Below are positions 17,813 through 27,227 of a DNA stretch of 64,000 bases, one piece after another (within the stretch, counting starts at the first letter, position 1; every line of letters begins with the position of its first letter). The position numbers were made by a program, and so were the translations under genes. The DNA comes from Candidatus Binataceae bacterium (GTDB taxonomy: Bacteria > Desulfobacterota > Binatia > Binatales > Binataceae): positions 135,663-199,662 of the forward strand of contig DATKOZ010000035.1 of assembly GCA_035524375.1 (NCBI GenBank), given 5' to 3'. The notes below the pieces were generated by a model. It searched no databases, was not told the DNA's origin, and worked only from the letters and a program-made list of their open reading frames with translations.

Positions 17813-18994
17813 CTAACTTATTAAGCCAAGTCCCCGGCCAGCCGCCGTGAACGCCATGACCGCTTCGTCCAGGTCGGCGCGCGTATGCGCGGCGGTCGGA
17901 GTCACGCGCAAGCGCGCGGTGCCTTCCGGAACTGTCGGCGGGCGGATTGCGATCACGTAAATTCCGCGCTCCAGCAGCCCGGCAGACATGTTGATCGCCG
18001 CATAAGACGCGCCAATCATCACCGGAATTATCGGGGTCTGCGTCGGCGCGATCGTGAAGCCGGCCGCGATAAGTTCCCCGCGGAGGTATTCGGCGTTGTC
18101 CCACAGCCGCTCGATCAGAGTCGGATCGGACTCGATGAGATTGAGCGCGGCGGATGCCGCGGCGGCCATCGCCGGGGGGAGCCCCGTCGAAAAGATGAAG
18201 CTGCGCGCACGATTAATCAGGAAATCGACAAGCGGGCTCGACCCGGCGATGTACGCGCCATACGCGCCGAGCGCCTTGCTTAGAGTGCCGGCGTGGATGT
18301 CGATTTCCTTTTCCAGTCCAAGCTTGGCCGCCAATCCTGCTCCTCCCGGCCCGACCACGCCGATGGCGTGCGCCTCATCGATCATCACGGCGGCGCGATG
18401 ACGCCGCGCAAGGTCCACGATTTCCGCAAGCGGTGCGCAATCGCCGTCCATGCTGAAGACCGAATCGGTGACAATTAGGCGCCGGCGTGCGTCGTGCGAT
18501 TCGCGGAGCAGCGCGGCCAGATGATCGACGTCGCGATGGCGATAGATCTGAATGGCCGCCTTGCTGAGGCGGCATCCGTCGATCAGGCTGGCGTGGTTCA
18601 GTTCATCGCTGAAGATCACATCGCCCGGGCCGGCCACGGCGGTAATCGCGCCGATGTTGGCCAAATAGCCGGAGCCGAATACCAATGCCGCCTCAACGCG
18701 CTTGAGCCGCGCGATGCGCGCTTCCAATTCATGCAGCGGGGCGAGGCTGCCGGCGATCAGGCGCGATGCGCCAGCGCCAACGCCGTAGCGGTCGATCGCA
18801 TCGGCCGCCGCGCGCTTTAATGCGGGATGCGCCGCCAAGCCCAGGTAATTGTTGGACGACAGCATGATGAATTGGCGCCCGTCCGCCTCGATTCGTGGCG
18901 CGTGAGCGCTGCCGATCTCGCGCAAATGGCGGCGCAAGGAATCGCGCCCAAGGGCGTCGAGCGCGGCGCGAAATTCGTCGTCCAAGATGCCCAT
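17813..18994 (-). CDS. bioF: 8-amino-7-oxononanoate synthase
   Basis: PLP-dependent acyltransferase with the BioF-type lysine motif (…FSTGLPPA…) and overall KBL/BioF similarity. Confidence 0.9.
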   Translation of the reverse strand: MGILDDEFRAALDALGRDSLRRHLREIGSAHAPRIEADGRQFIMLSSNNYLGLAAHPALKRAAADAIDRYGVGAGASRLIAGSLAPLHELEARIARLKRVEAALVFGSGYLANIGAITAVAGPGDVIFSDELNHASLIDGCRLSKAAIQIYRHRDVDHLAALLRESHDARRRLIVTDSVFSMDGDCAPLAEIVDLARRHRAAVMIDEAHAIGVVGPGGAGLAAKLGLEKEIDIHAGTLSKALGAYGAYIAGSSPLVDFLINRARSFIFSTGLPPAMAAAASAALNLIESDPTLIERLWDNAEYLRGELIAAGFTIAPTQTPIIPVMIGASYAAINMSAGLLERGIYVIAIRPPTVPEGTARLRVTPTAAHTRADLDEAVMAFTAAGRGLGLIS

Positions 18995-19123
18995 TATCGA
19001 TCGAGCTTAGCTCGCCAGCGCGCCGCTTGCACACCACTGGCGCTTGAAAGTACCGTTCCAAACGCAGCAGAATTGTAATGTATCGGCGGTGCAGCCAATT
19101 GGATTGCCTGCGCCGGCTGGGAA

Positions 19124-20170
19124 ATGGACAAAGATTCCGCGAATCAACCGCTCTCCAATCGGCGCCACGCGCTGCTGCTGGCCGCAGTGCAGGAGTTTAT
19201 CGCCACTGCCGGACCGGTGGGATCCGCGCAAATCGTTTCGCGTCATCAGCTCGGCGTGCGCGCCGCGATGGTTCGCAACCTGATGGCGGAACTCGAAGAG
19301 CGGGGCTATCTCCGTCAGCCGCATACCTCCGCCGGACGGGTGCCGACGGAGCGTGCGTTTCGCTACTACGTCGATCATCTGGGGACCGGGGCGCGAATCG
19401 GATTCGAGGACCGTGCCAAAATCGAATTACACTGCTCGGCCGGACCGCGCGGGTTGATCGATGTGTTGCGCGATACGCCGCGGCTGCTTGCGCTGATGAC
19501 GGGGCAGGCCGCACTGGTCATGGCGCCGCGGCTGGAAACGGCGATTCTCGAAAGCGTCAACCTGGTACGGCTGCGCGAGCGCCAGGTGCTCGCGATATTC
19601 ACGGCCAGTGGCGGTGGCGAACAGCATCGCATTGTTGAGACCGAACGCGACCACTCGCAGGACGAACTCGATCGGATGGCGCGCTACCTTAACGAGTCGC
19701 TCAAGGGCCGCACGCTGGAAGAAGCGCGAAAATGGATTGCGCTCCAGCTTGAGGAGGAGCGGGCGCGCTACGATCGCTTCATGCTTGAGGCGCTGGCCTT
19801 GGGCGGCGCGATCGCCGATCGCACGGGCAGCCCGGAATTGTATGTCGAAGGCGGACTTGGCGCGCTGGAGCAGCCGGAATTCTCCGACCGCGAGAAGATT
19901 CGCGGACTGCTGCGCGCGCTGGACGACAAGGCCGCGCTGTTGGAATTGCTCGAACGCGCAATCGAGAGCGGCGGGCTTACGGTTTCAATCGGCTCGGAAA
20001 ATAGCGATCCGCGCCTGTCGTCGCTGAGCGTAATCGCGGCAAAGTATGCCAGCGGCTCGATGCCGCCGGGGAGCCTTGCGGTGGTTGGTCCGGTCAGGAT
20101 GGACTACGACCGCCTGATTCCGCTGGTCGATTATACCGCACGGGCATTGTCGCGCCTGATGGAACCTTGA
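19124..20170 (+). CDS. hrcA: Heat-inducible transcription repressor HrcA
   Basis: HrcA winged-helix N-terminus LLAAVQEFIATAGPVGSAQI…VRNLMAELEERGYLRQPHTSAGRVPT. Confidence 0.85.
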   Translation: MDKDSANQPLSNRRHALLLAAVQEFIATAGPVGSAQIVSRHQLGVRAAMVRNLMAELEERGYLRQPHTSAGRVPTERAFRYYVDHLGTGARIGFEDRAKIELHCSAGPRGLIDVLRDTPRLLALMTGQAALVMAPRLETAILESVNLVRLRERQVLAIFTASGGGEQHRIVETERDHSQDELDRMARYLNESLKGRTLEEARKWIALQLEEERARYDRFMLEALALGGAIADRTGSPELYVEGGLGALEQPEFSDREKIRGLLRALDDKAALLELLERAIESGGLTVSIGSENSDPRLSSLSVIAAKYASGSMPPGSLAVVGPVRMDYDRLIPLVDYTARALSRLMEP

Positions 20171-20183
20171 GCGCGCGCAAGGT

Positions 20184-20573
20184 TTATTTTTTCGCACAAA
20201 ACTTTTGCGATCTCAGGTAGGCAACCGAGTTGTCGGTGAGTGGAGCGTCTGCCCTCGCATTCGCCTTGACGGCCGCGCCACTTCCCGGCTGGAAGTAGCA
20301 GGTCAGCTTAATCGACTGTCCGGCCGGGATCTGGAAATCCAGCGATTCCGGCAAGCTCGGCATATCAGGCGACCCCGTCCGCTGCGGTGTCCCGCCTCCG
20401 CCCGCCAGATCGTTGCACATCCGGACCGCATCGATAACGCAACTACCCGCGGGAGCGGGCTTGAGCTTGAACTTCGAAAGATCGACCACCGTACTGGGCT
20501 GGCTGCTCGTGCAAGCGGAAGCGACCAGCGCAGTCGCGGCTATCAGCGACAGCATTCGCCGCATGCGCTTCAT
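20184..20573 (-). CDS. Hypothetical lipoprotein
   Basis: Signal peptide with lipobox LVASAC; 129 aa; no recognised domain. Confidence 0.5.
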   Translation of the reverse strand: MKRMRRMLSLIAATALVASACTSSQPSTVVDLSKFKLKPAPAGSCVIDAVRMCNDLAGGGGTPQRTGSPDMPSLPESLDFQIPAGQSIKLTCYFQPGSGAAVKANARADAPLTDNSVAYLRSQKFCAKK

Positions 20574-20590
20574 GTCGGAACAACCTGTGA

Positions 20591-21901
20591 TTATGCGGCG
20601 GTAGAGGCGCGCGCGGGCGCATCGATGCGCGCGGGTTCCGCCAATTCGACTTTGCGGCAGCGTAGGATCAATTCGCTGCGGGCGATATAGGCCGCTTCCA
20701 GCACCTCGAAGCCGTGCCGCTTGAGAATCTCGCGCAGCGAATCCTGCGTGTAATGCGTGATGTGCTCGTCCTTGTAGCCGCCCGGCATCAGGAACCCGTA
20801 AATCGGTTCGACCGTGCGCCAGCCGATAGTGGCGTAGTCGGGCGTGCCGAGAATCAGCGTTCCGCCGTCGCGCAGCACGCGGCGCATCTCCCTGAACAAG
20901 ACTTCGTCGTACGGGATATGTTCGATAACTTGCGAGCTAATCACGCAATCGAAGATGCCGGACTTGAACGGCAGTGCGAACGAGGATGCGTTGACCAGCG
21001 GGATGCCGTAGCGGCGCAGGAAACGGAGCTTGGGGAAGCCAAAATCCATGCCGACAGCGTCATTCAGGCTCTGCACGATCAGGCTGGAACCGCATCCTGC
21101 GTCCAAAGTGAGGCCGCTGCCGCGCGCCCAGTTGACGGTGATTCGATGCCGCCGGCGCTGCCAGAAGCGCTGGAACGGAATCAGGCTGTAGAATGCACGC
21201 TCGTCGTAGTCGGCCGATTCCAGCGAGTTGCGAGTCTTCCAGAGGTTCCACACCGAGCCGGCAATCGTCATGCCGAATGCGAACAGGCGCGCATGCGAGC
21301 GGCCTGCGCCGCGCGGAAAATAGACGAATGGAACTTCGACAACGCTGAAGCCGCGCGCGTACGCGCGCACCAGGATTTCCTGGCAGACCTCGAAGTTTAC
21401 GCTGTTGAGCTTGAGGTTCTCGATCGCCGCGCGCCGGTAGAGGCGGAAACCGCTGGACATGTCCTGCACCGGCATCGACAGCACCCGATGCATCACGATG
21501 TTCAGGAACTTGCTGGTGGCCTTGCGGATGAAATCGGTATACGCCACGCCGCCGCGCGTGTAGCGCGAGGCAACCACGATGTCGGCGCGGTTGCGCGCCC
21601 GCCACATCTTCCCGACGAAGTCGGGATCGTGGGACATGTCCGCGTCAAGAGTGAGAACGTAGTCGCCGCGCGCCTCGGCAAATCCGGTCTCGATCGCGCC
21701 GGCATAGCCGCGGCGGCGCTCCTTCACCACACGCGCGCCGAGTTCGGTGGCGACGTCGGGCGTGCCGTCAGTCGAGCCGCCGTCCACGACGACGATCTCG
21801 AAGCTGATGTTCTCGCGATCGAACCACGCCTTAAGGCGCGGAATCAGCTCGCGCAGATTGGCGGCTTCATCCTTGACGGGCAAAACGACAGACAGGTCCA
21901 T
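20591..21901 (-). CDS. Bifunctional glycosyltransferase family 2 / class I SAM-dependent methyltransferase
   Basis: N-terminal GT2 (LSVVLPVKDEAANL…VVDGGSTDGT, DPM1-like). C-terminal methyltransferase type 11 (LDAGCGSS…DCVISSQVIEHIP). Confidence 0.8.
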   Translation of the reverse strand: MDLSVVLPVKDEAANLRELIPRLKAWFDRENISFEIVVVDGGSTDGTPDVATELGARVVKERRRGYAGAIETGFAEARGDYVLTLDADMSHDPDFVGKMWRARNRADIVVASRYTRGGVAYTDFIRKATSKFLNIVMHRVLSMPVQDMSSGFRLYRRAAIENLKLNSVNFEVCQEILVRAYARGFSVVEVPFVYFPRGAGRSHARLFAFGMTIAGSVWNLWKTRNSLESADYDERAFYSLIPFQRFWQRRRHRITVNWARGSGLTLDAGCGSSLIVQSLNDAVGMDFGFPKLRFLRRYGIPLVNASSFALPFKSGIFDCVISSQVIEHIPYDEVLFREMRRVLRDGGTLILGTPDYATIGWRTVEPIYGFLMPGGYKDEHITHYTQDSLREILKRHGFEVLEAAYIARSELILRCRKVELAEPARIDAPARASTAA

Positions 21902-22032
21902 AATTGCTTAGTTTCCTTTACGCATTATCGCTGGAAAAGGGAATAAGCGCAAAATTGGCTTTGCGGCACGAATTGTTGCTTTGGGATGCTTGCCCGCGGG
22001 CGCGGCGCACCGTAGCTTCGAGGAGGGTGGTC

Positions 22033-23310
22033 ATGATGCGGATGGCGGTGGGCGCACGGCGCAATTCAAGATTAGGCATTATTTCAGCTTTTGGGATGGC
22101 TTTCGCGGTCGTGGCGGCGACGCCGGCACTAGCGGCTCGGCCGCATAAACATCGCGCGGCGCAAAAGACCGCTGCTGAGAAGCCGCCGCCTCCATTGGCC
22201 GTCCCACTCGATCAAATCCACGTGCTGGGCGGAATTCCGGCGCCGTTCGAACTGGAGGCCAAAGCCGCCTATCTAATCGATGTGGACACCGGCGCAGTCC
22301 TGTATGCATACGCCGAGCATCAGAAGATGCAGCCGGCCAGCTTGGCGAAAATCATGACTTTCTACCTCGCCCTCAATGCGCTCAAGGCCGGCAAGATTAG
22401 CCTCGACACCAAGATGCCGGTGAGCGAACAGGCATGGCGCCTGTCAGTCGATCAAACCGTGTCGCACATGTTCCTTGAAGTGGGACAGCAGGTCGCCGTG
22501 CGCGATTTGCTCTACGGGCTGATGGTTTCCTCCGGCAACGATGCCGCGGTTGTCGTCGCGGAATACCTGGGCGGGAGCGCGGAGTCATTCACGAAGATGA
22601 TGAATGATGAAGCCGCACGAATCGGCCTGAGCGAAACTCACTTCGACAATCCCGACGGACTGCCGGCCGAGGGTGAGTACACCACCGCCTCCGACATGGT
22701 GAAGCTTGGCCATACGCTACTGCGCGACCATCCCGAAGCGCTGACCTACACGTCGGCCAAGGAATTCACTTTTCACGATATCGTGCAGCGAAATTTCAAC
22801 ACGTTGCTTTTTTACGATGCGCGCGTTGACGGAATCAAAACCGGCCATGTCGATGAAGCCGGATATCACTTGGTCGCATCCGCGAAATCCAATGGCATGC
22901 GGCTCATCTCGGCGGTGATGGGCACCAAGAACATGGAAAAGCGGCGGCTTGAAACCGACAAGCTGCTCGATTGGGCTTTCCGCACGTTCGTGGATTACCG
23001 GCCGAACCTGAAAGCGTCGGTCCCGGCGTCGCTCCCGGTGCGCGGCGGTGTCGCAGAAACCGTCGCGATTGGGCCGGCCACCGATGCGGTCTTTACGCTA
23101 CCGCGCGGCGAGGAGACCAAGGCCGCAATTCAGTTCACCCCCGCGGCGGCATACTTGGAAGCTCCCGTACCCAGCGGTTCGCAGGTCGGCGAGATTTCGA
23201 TCACGCTTGCCGGCAAGCCAATTGCCACCGTTCCGGTGGTAACACAGGCCGGCGTGGGCCGGGCGGGATTTTTCGAGCGGATGCGCCAGAAGCTGCATCG
23301 CGCGCTGTAG
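22033..23310 (+). CDS. dacA: D-alanyl-D-alanine carboxypeptidase (PBP5/6 family serine peptidase S11)
   Basis: SxxK (PASLAKIMT), SGN (VSSGNDAAV) and KTG (KTGHV) motifs; signal peptide. Start reset to MMRM (RBS aggagg); the listed ORF began at 21904. Confidence 0.85.
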   Translation: MMRMAVGARRNSRLGIISAFGMAFAVVAATPALAARPHKHRAAQKTAAEKPPPPLAVPLDQIHVLGGIPAPFELEAKAAYLIDVDTGAVLYAYAEHQKMQPASLAKIMTFYLALNALKAGKISLDTKMPVSEQAWRLSVDQTVSHMFLEVGQQVAVRDLLYGLMVSSGNDAAVVVAEYLGGSAESFTKMMNDEAARIGLSETHFDNPDGLPAEGEYTTASDMVKLGHTLLRDHPEALTYTSAKEFTFHDIVQRNFNTLLFYDARVDGIKTGHVDEAGYHLVASAKSNGMRLISAVMGTKNMEKRRLETDKLLDWAFRTFVDYRPNLKASVPASLPVRGGVAETVAIGPATDAVFTLPRGEETKAAIQFTPAAAYLEAPVPSGSQVGEISITLAGKPIATVPVVTQAGVGRAGFFERMRQKLHRAL

Positions 23311-23331
23311 CGGAAGCGGAAAGCAAACCCC

Positions 23332-23571
23332 TCATTTCTCGATCCGCAGGGTATAGATTCCATCGCGGGCCGATGATTCCAACATGATGTAGCCCTCGGC
23401 TTCGGCGGCGCGCGGAATGTCACGCGCGCCACGAGGATCGTCCAGTACTATCTCAAGTTGCTCGCCGCGGTGCATCTGCTCCAGCCGCACTTTCGTATGC
23501 GCCCAGTTGAGAGGGCATTTGACGCCTCGCAAATCGATCCGAATTGCCACGATTGCGAAAATTATCACAAG
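23332..23571 (-). CDS. TusA-like sulfurtransferase family protein (start uncertain)
   Basis: IDLRGVKCPLNW…LEIVLDDPRGARDIPRAAEAEGYIML matches the TusA/SirA fold (LDLRGLxCP). The listed ORF extends to 23817 but the N-terminal part is low-complexity. Confidence 0.5.
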   Translation of the reverse strand, partial: LVIIFAIVAIRIDLRGVKCPLNWAHTKVRLEQMHRGEQLEIVLDDPRGARDIPRAAEAEGYIMLESSARDGIYTLRIEK

Positions 23572-23801
23572 GAGTGCCAAATCATAAATGCCGCGCCACC
23601 GTGGAGATTTCCTCGCGCGCTCAAACTTGGCGACCCGTCGTCGATACCTCACGGCGGGAGATAATGCCGGATGTAGTGATATACGGTCGTCGCTGATTCG
23701 TGCGCGCGCTTGCGCTTGGATTCGCGGCGTGGTTTCGTTTGGATGGCGGCGCGGAATGGATGCTCCGTCGGAAAATTCAATCTTTGGAAAAATCGAATTA
23801 A

Positions 23802-24581
23802 ATGAATGCGAATGCACCGGCCGCCCGAGAAGAGGTAATCGAATACTCTAATTTTGCGTCGGTTGTGACCGGCGAAGGTGCATGGGCCCCGGCCGGCTTC
23901 CCGCTGCCCGATGGGAGTTTCTGGAAGTACTCGGAGCCCGACGCGGTTGTAATCGTGCAAGACGGTTTTCTGCGGGTTGCCGCGGTTCCCTACACGCGCC
24001 GGCATGACTCGATCCAGATTCTCGACAATGCCAAGCACATGTATTTCAGCACGCGCAGCTTCGAGTGTCCCAAGGGTGGCTCGATTTCATTTTCGCTCGA
24101 TCTATCCGCGACCATCGTTCATGGCGCGCCGGGCGATCTCTACGATGCCTTCGTGTCGTTCAACGTGCTGGATTTCTCGACCGGTGCCGCGCTGGATTTC
24201 TTCGTCGGCAACGATGTATTTGCCACCGTCTATGCCAAACTCCCATTCCCCGGCGTGCCTGTGAACGATCCCGTCCACGGTCCGCGCCATTTCTGCCTGT
24301 TCGAGGAGATGCACGGAATCACCAAGCCGGGCCAATTGCATCACTTCGAGATCGCTTACGATTCCGCCGCCGATCGCGTGACGTTTATCGCCGACGGCAA
24401 GGAAGTGCGGAGCTATTCCAATGTTCCCGTCAAGCTCGGACCATGCACCCTGGCGCTGGGCCTGATGAGCGAGAAGGACATCATGCCCGGCAAGGGCAGC
24501 GTTTCGTGCCGCGGGCAGGGCGCGGTTGGAAAATGGGGTAACGTCCGGATCGTGCGTTATTTTCCCGCAGCGCTGCCGTAG
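23802..24581 (+). CDS. Hypothetical protein (possible beta-sandwich/jelly-roll fold)
   Basis: 259 aa, good GC3 bias, no motif I can assign with confidence. Confidence 0.5.
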   Translation: MNANAPAAREEVIEYSNFASVVTGEGAWAPAGFPLPDGSFWKYSEPDAVVIVQDGFLRVAAVPYTRRHDSIQILDNAKHMYFSTRSFECPKGGSISFSLDLSATIVHGAPGDLYDAFVSFNVLDFSTGAALDFFVGNDVFATVYAKLPFPGVPVNDPVHGPRHFCLFEEMHGITKPGQLHHFEIAYDSAADRVTFIADGKEVRSYSNVPVKLGPCTLALGLMSEKDIMPGKGSVSCRGQGAVGKWGNVRIVRYFPAALP

Positions 24582-26476
24582 AGAATCTTCCGAGGATCGG
24601 GCGCGATCGCCGAGCCATCGGCGCGCATCGTGCGATGGTTGAAGTCGGGATGCTCGACGCGCAACGTCAAATCCGAATCGGCGGCATTTGCAGGCGTAGC
24701 GAACACGGCCCGGCCGTCATCGGATGTAGTCGCTTCCGCCAGGATCGCATCGCCGCTTCCGCGCAGCGATACGTGCACGCCCGTAACGGGCGGATGGTCC
24801 CCTTCTGGAAGATGGTCGTTGTCCAGCACGGTGACGCGCATGCTGCGCAAGTCGCGCGAGCGCTCCAATTCCACGCGCAGGTCGCGCAGATAGATCATCG
24901 GCTCGGCGAACACGCCCTTGATTCCCTCGCGGGCCGGCTCGCATGCCGGGTTGGCCTTGAGTTCCACCTGTTGCGCGGCCATCCCGTGGTCGGAAGTCAT
25001 GATGAACAGCGTTGAATCGAACAGGCCGCGCTTGCGCAGCAGATCGAGGACCGCGCCGATTCTCGCGTCGGTGCGATAAAGCGCTTCGCGCAGCCCCTCG
25101 TGATGCGGCCCATAGTCGTGCCCGGCGCCGTCGGTCAGTACGAATTCATGCGCGACGAACACCGGCGCCTTTTCGCCCGCATGCTCGAACAGATTCAGGA
25201 CCTGCGCCATCCCGCGCAAATCGACGATTTCCTCGCGATACATCGCGGCCTTGTTATCGGCCATCCAGCGCGGGCTCACATCGGAGATGAACTCCTGCGT
25301 CAGTTCGCGAAGCCGCTTCTTGTCGCCGACGACGCGCCGCTCGAAAACGGCATGATCGGCGCCGCGCCCCTGCGGTTCGTGAATCGACGCGGTAATCGCG
25401 CCCGGGCCGGCCACCCGCTTGAACGCCTCGTACAACGTCTCGACGTCGTGATTCAAAAAGCGCTCGGTCTCAAAAATGTTGCCCTGGATCGGCACGGTCT
25501 CGCGATGCTCGCGCAGGTGGAAGGTCGGGTTGACGACATCGTGATGGCCGCACCATGCGCCGGTTAGAATCGTCGAATGGCTGGGCCAGGTGATACTGGG
25601 GAAATTGACGATCGATCCATGCGAGAGCATCGCGCCGCGCGCAACCAAGCCGGCCAGATTCGGGATCGAGCCGGGATTATTCTCAAGCTGATAGCAAAGC
25701 TCGGAATGCGAAAGGCCGTCGAGCAGGAACATATATGCGCGCGCTGGCGGCGGTTCGGACGCGTCGATGATTCCGTCCAGCGGCGCACCATCCTGGCGCT
25801 TAATGTACACGCGTGACGGAGTTCCGGCGGCGCCGCGGCCGTCGATTTCCGGAAAGCGCATCAGCTTTGCAATCGTCGGTGCGATATCGACCGCGCGCGA
25901 CCCCAATTGAAAGCGTCCACGCCGCACTCCCGGCCCCGCGAATACCAGCGGCGCTCGCGATTGCACGACATCGAGCGCGCCATGCTGTCCCGGCTGGATG
26001 CCGTAGGTGTACGCCTTGGGACTGATGATCAGGTCGGGCCCGCGGGGACTGTCGAATACCTGCGCGATTCTCTCGTACGCGTAGGGATGGCTTACCACAT
26101 GCGGCTCAAGCCATGCGGCATTGGGATCCGTGGTCGGATGACCGCTTGCGCTTGCGGCTTCGAGCTCCTCCTCGATTGTCGAAATGATGTACGGGTCCTG
26201 GTTGGCGAGCGGATTTTCTCCGATCTGCTCGACGATTTTGAAAGATAACGCGCCGCGATCATCTACTTCGCGATGAAAGCGGATCATCCCGCGCCGCGAC
26301 CATACTTCGTACGCGCCGTTTCGCCACGTCGCGACGATATCGACCTGGTCGGCTGCGGGCGGTTTGGCCAGCAGCGCCAGGATCGCGCGGTTGCCGGATT
26401 CGTCTTGATGGGCGTCGAGGCCCTGGCCGCCTTTGCGTTCGGGTCCGTGTACTTGTGCCATTCGCAGGTTCCTCAA
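24557..26476 (-). CDS. Alkaline phosphatase superfamily protein (type I phosphodiesterase/nucleotide pyrophosphatase-like) with C-terminal carboxypeptidase-regulatory-like domain
   Basis: Metal-site region LLDGLSHSE…ITWPSHSTILTGAW…HHDV. C-terminal beta-sandwich RVTVLDNDHLPEG…TLRVEHPDF. Confidence 0.7.
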   Translation of the reverse strand: MRNLRMAQVHGPERKGGQGLDAHQDESGNRAILALLAKPPAADQVDIVATWRNGAYEVWSRRGMIRFHREVDDRGALSFKIVEQIGENPLANQDPYIISTIEEELEAASASGHPTTDPNAAWLEPHVVSHPYAYERIAQVFDSPRGPDLIISPKAYTYGIQPGQHGALDVVQSRAPLVFAGPGVRRGRFQLGSRAVDIAPTIAKLMRFPEIDGRGAAGTPSRVYIKRQDGAPLDGIIDASEPPPARAYMFLLDGLSHSELCYQLENNPGSIPNLAGLVARGAMLSHGSIVNFPSITWPSHSTILTGAWCGHHDVVNPTFHLREHRETVPIQGNIFETERFLNHDVETLYEAFKRVAGPGAITASIHEPQGRGADHAVFERRVVGDKKRLRELTQEFISDVSPRWMADNKAAMYREEIVDLRGMAQVLNLFEHAGEKAPVFVAHEFVLTDGAGHDYGPHHEGLREALYRTDARIGAVLDLLRKRGLFDSTLFIMTSDHGMAAQQVELKANPACEPAREGIKGVFAEPMIYLRDLRVELERSRDLRSMRVTVLDNDHLPEGDHPPVTGVHVSLRGSGDAILAEATTSDDGRAVFATPANAADSDLTLRVEHPDFNHRTMRADGSAIAPDPRKILYGSAAGK

Positions 26477-26639
26477 TTCGGTAAAGCTACATTCTGGCGC
26501 ATTGAGGGATATTTGCGCAAAGGTATGGTGCGGCGGATCGCGGGCGCAAATACATTAAATTCACGTGTTTGTAATATGTCGGCTTCTTTGCCATTTTGTT
26601 CGCGCATCCGGCGAACTTCGCGCTGGCATCGGAGGCGTT

Positions 26640-27197
26640 ATGATTCCATTGCTCTCGCCTGAGGAGGCGCAAAAGCGAGGCGCCGAGTCCGGGGTTCCAT
26701 CTCCGCTTACCACCGTCAATGCGTTCCGCGTGCTGCTCAACAATCCCGCCGTGGCGGGTCCGGCGGGCAGGATGCTGGCGGCGCTGTTGTTTGGCGGTTC
26801 CCTTGATGCGCGCCTGCGTGAATTAATCATCCTGCGCAATGGATGGCTCTCCGGTTCGGAGTACGAATTCTGCCAGCATGTTGCCGTTGCGCGTCGCCTC
26901 AAGATTCCCGAACAGGACATCCTTGGCGTTCGCGATCCCGCCAACTGCAAGTCGTTCAATGAGCTCGATCGCGCGGTAATCAAGATGACCGACGATTTGA
27001 TGAAAGGCACCGACATCGGCGCTGAAGTGTGGTCGATCCTCACGCGGACTTTTCAGGCGCCGCAACTTATCGAATTAGTTATGGTCGCCGGGTATTGGCG
27101 GCTCTTTGCGGCGTTTCTAAAGGCGGCACAGGTTCCGCTGGATGAAGGCGTTGCCAGTTGGCCAGAGGGCGTGAAGCCGCCGGCCGCACTTGGCTGA
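26640..27197 (+). CDS. Carboxymuconolactone decarboxylase (AhpD-like) family protein
   Basis: RELIILRNGWLSGSEYEFCQHVAVAR motif; RBS ggaggcg before the ATG at 26640. Confidence 0.75.
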   Translation: MIPLLSPEEAQKRGAESGVPSPLTTVNAFRVLLNNPAVAGPAGRMLAALLFGGSLDARLRELIILRNGWLSGSEYEFCQHVAVARRLKIPEQDILGVRDPANCKSFNELDRAVIKMTDDLMKGTDIGAEVWSILTRTFQAPQLIELVMVAGYWRLFAAFLKAAQVPLDEGVASWPEGVKPPAALG

Positions 27198-27227
27198 CTA
27201 TGGCGCGAAAGCGAGGAAAATCGAACG

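Noticed and set aside
18995-19123. CIRCE element upstream of hrcA
   Set aside because: No match to TTAGCACTC-N9-GAGTGCTAA. Only an unrelated 13-bp palindrome is present.
20714-21946. 410-aa ORF on + strand
   Set aside because: Exactly antisense to the GT2–methyltransferase fusion, which has unambiguous catalytic motifs. The + ORF has no motifs and is Arg/Ala-rich.
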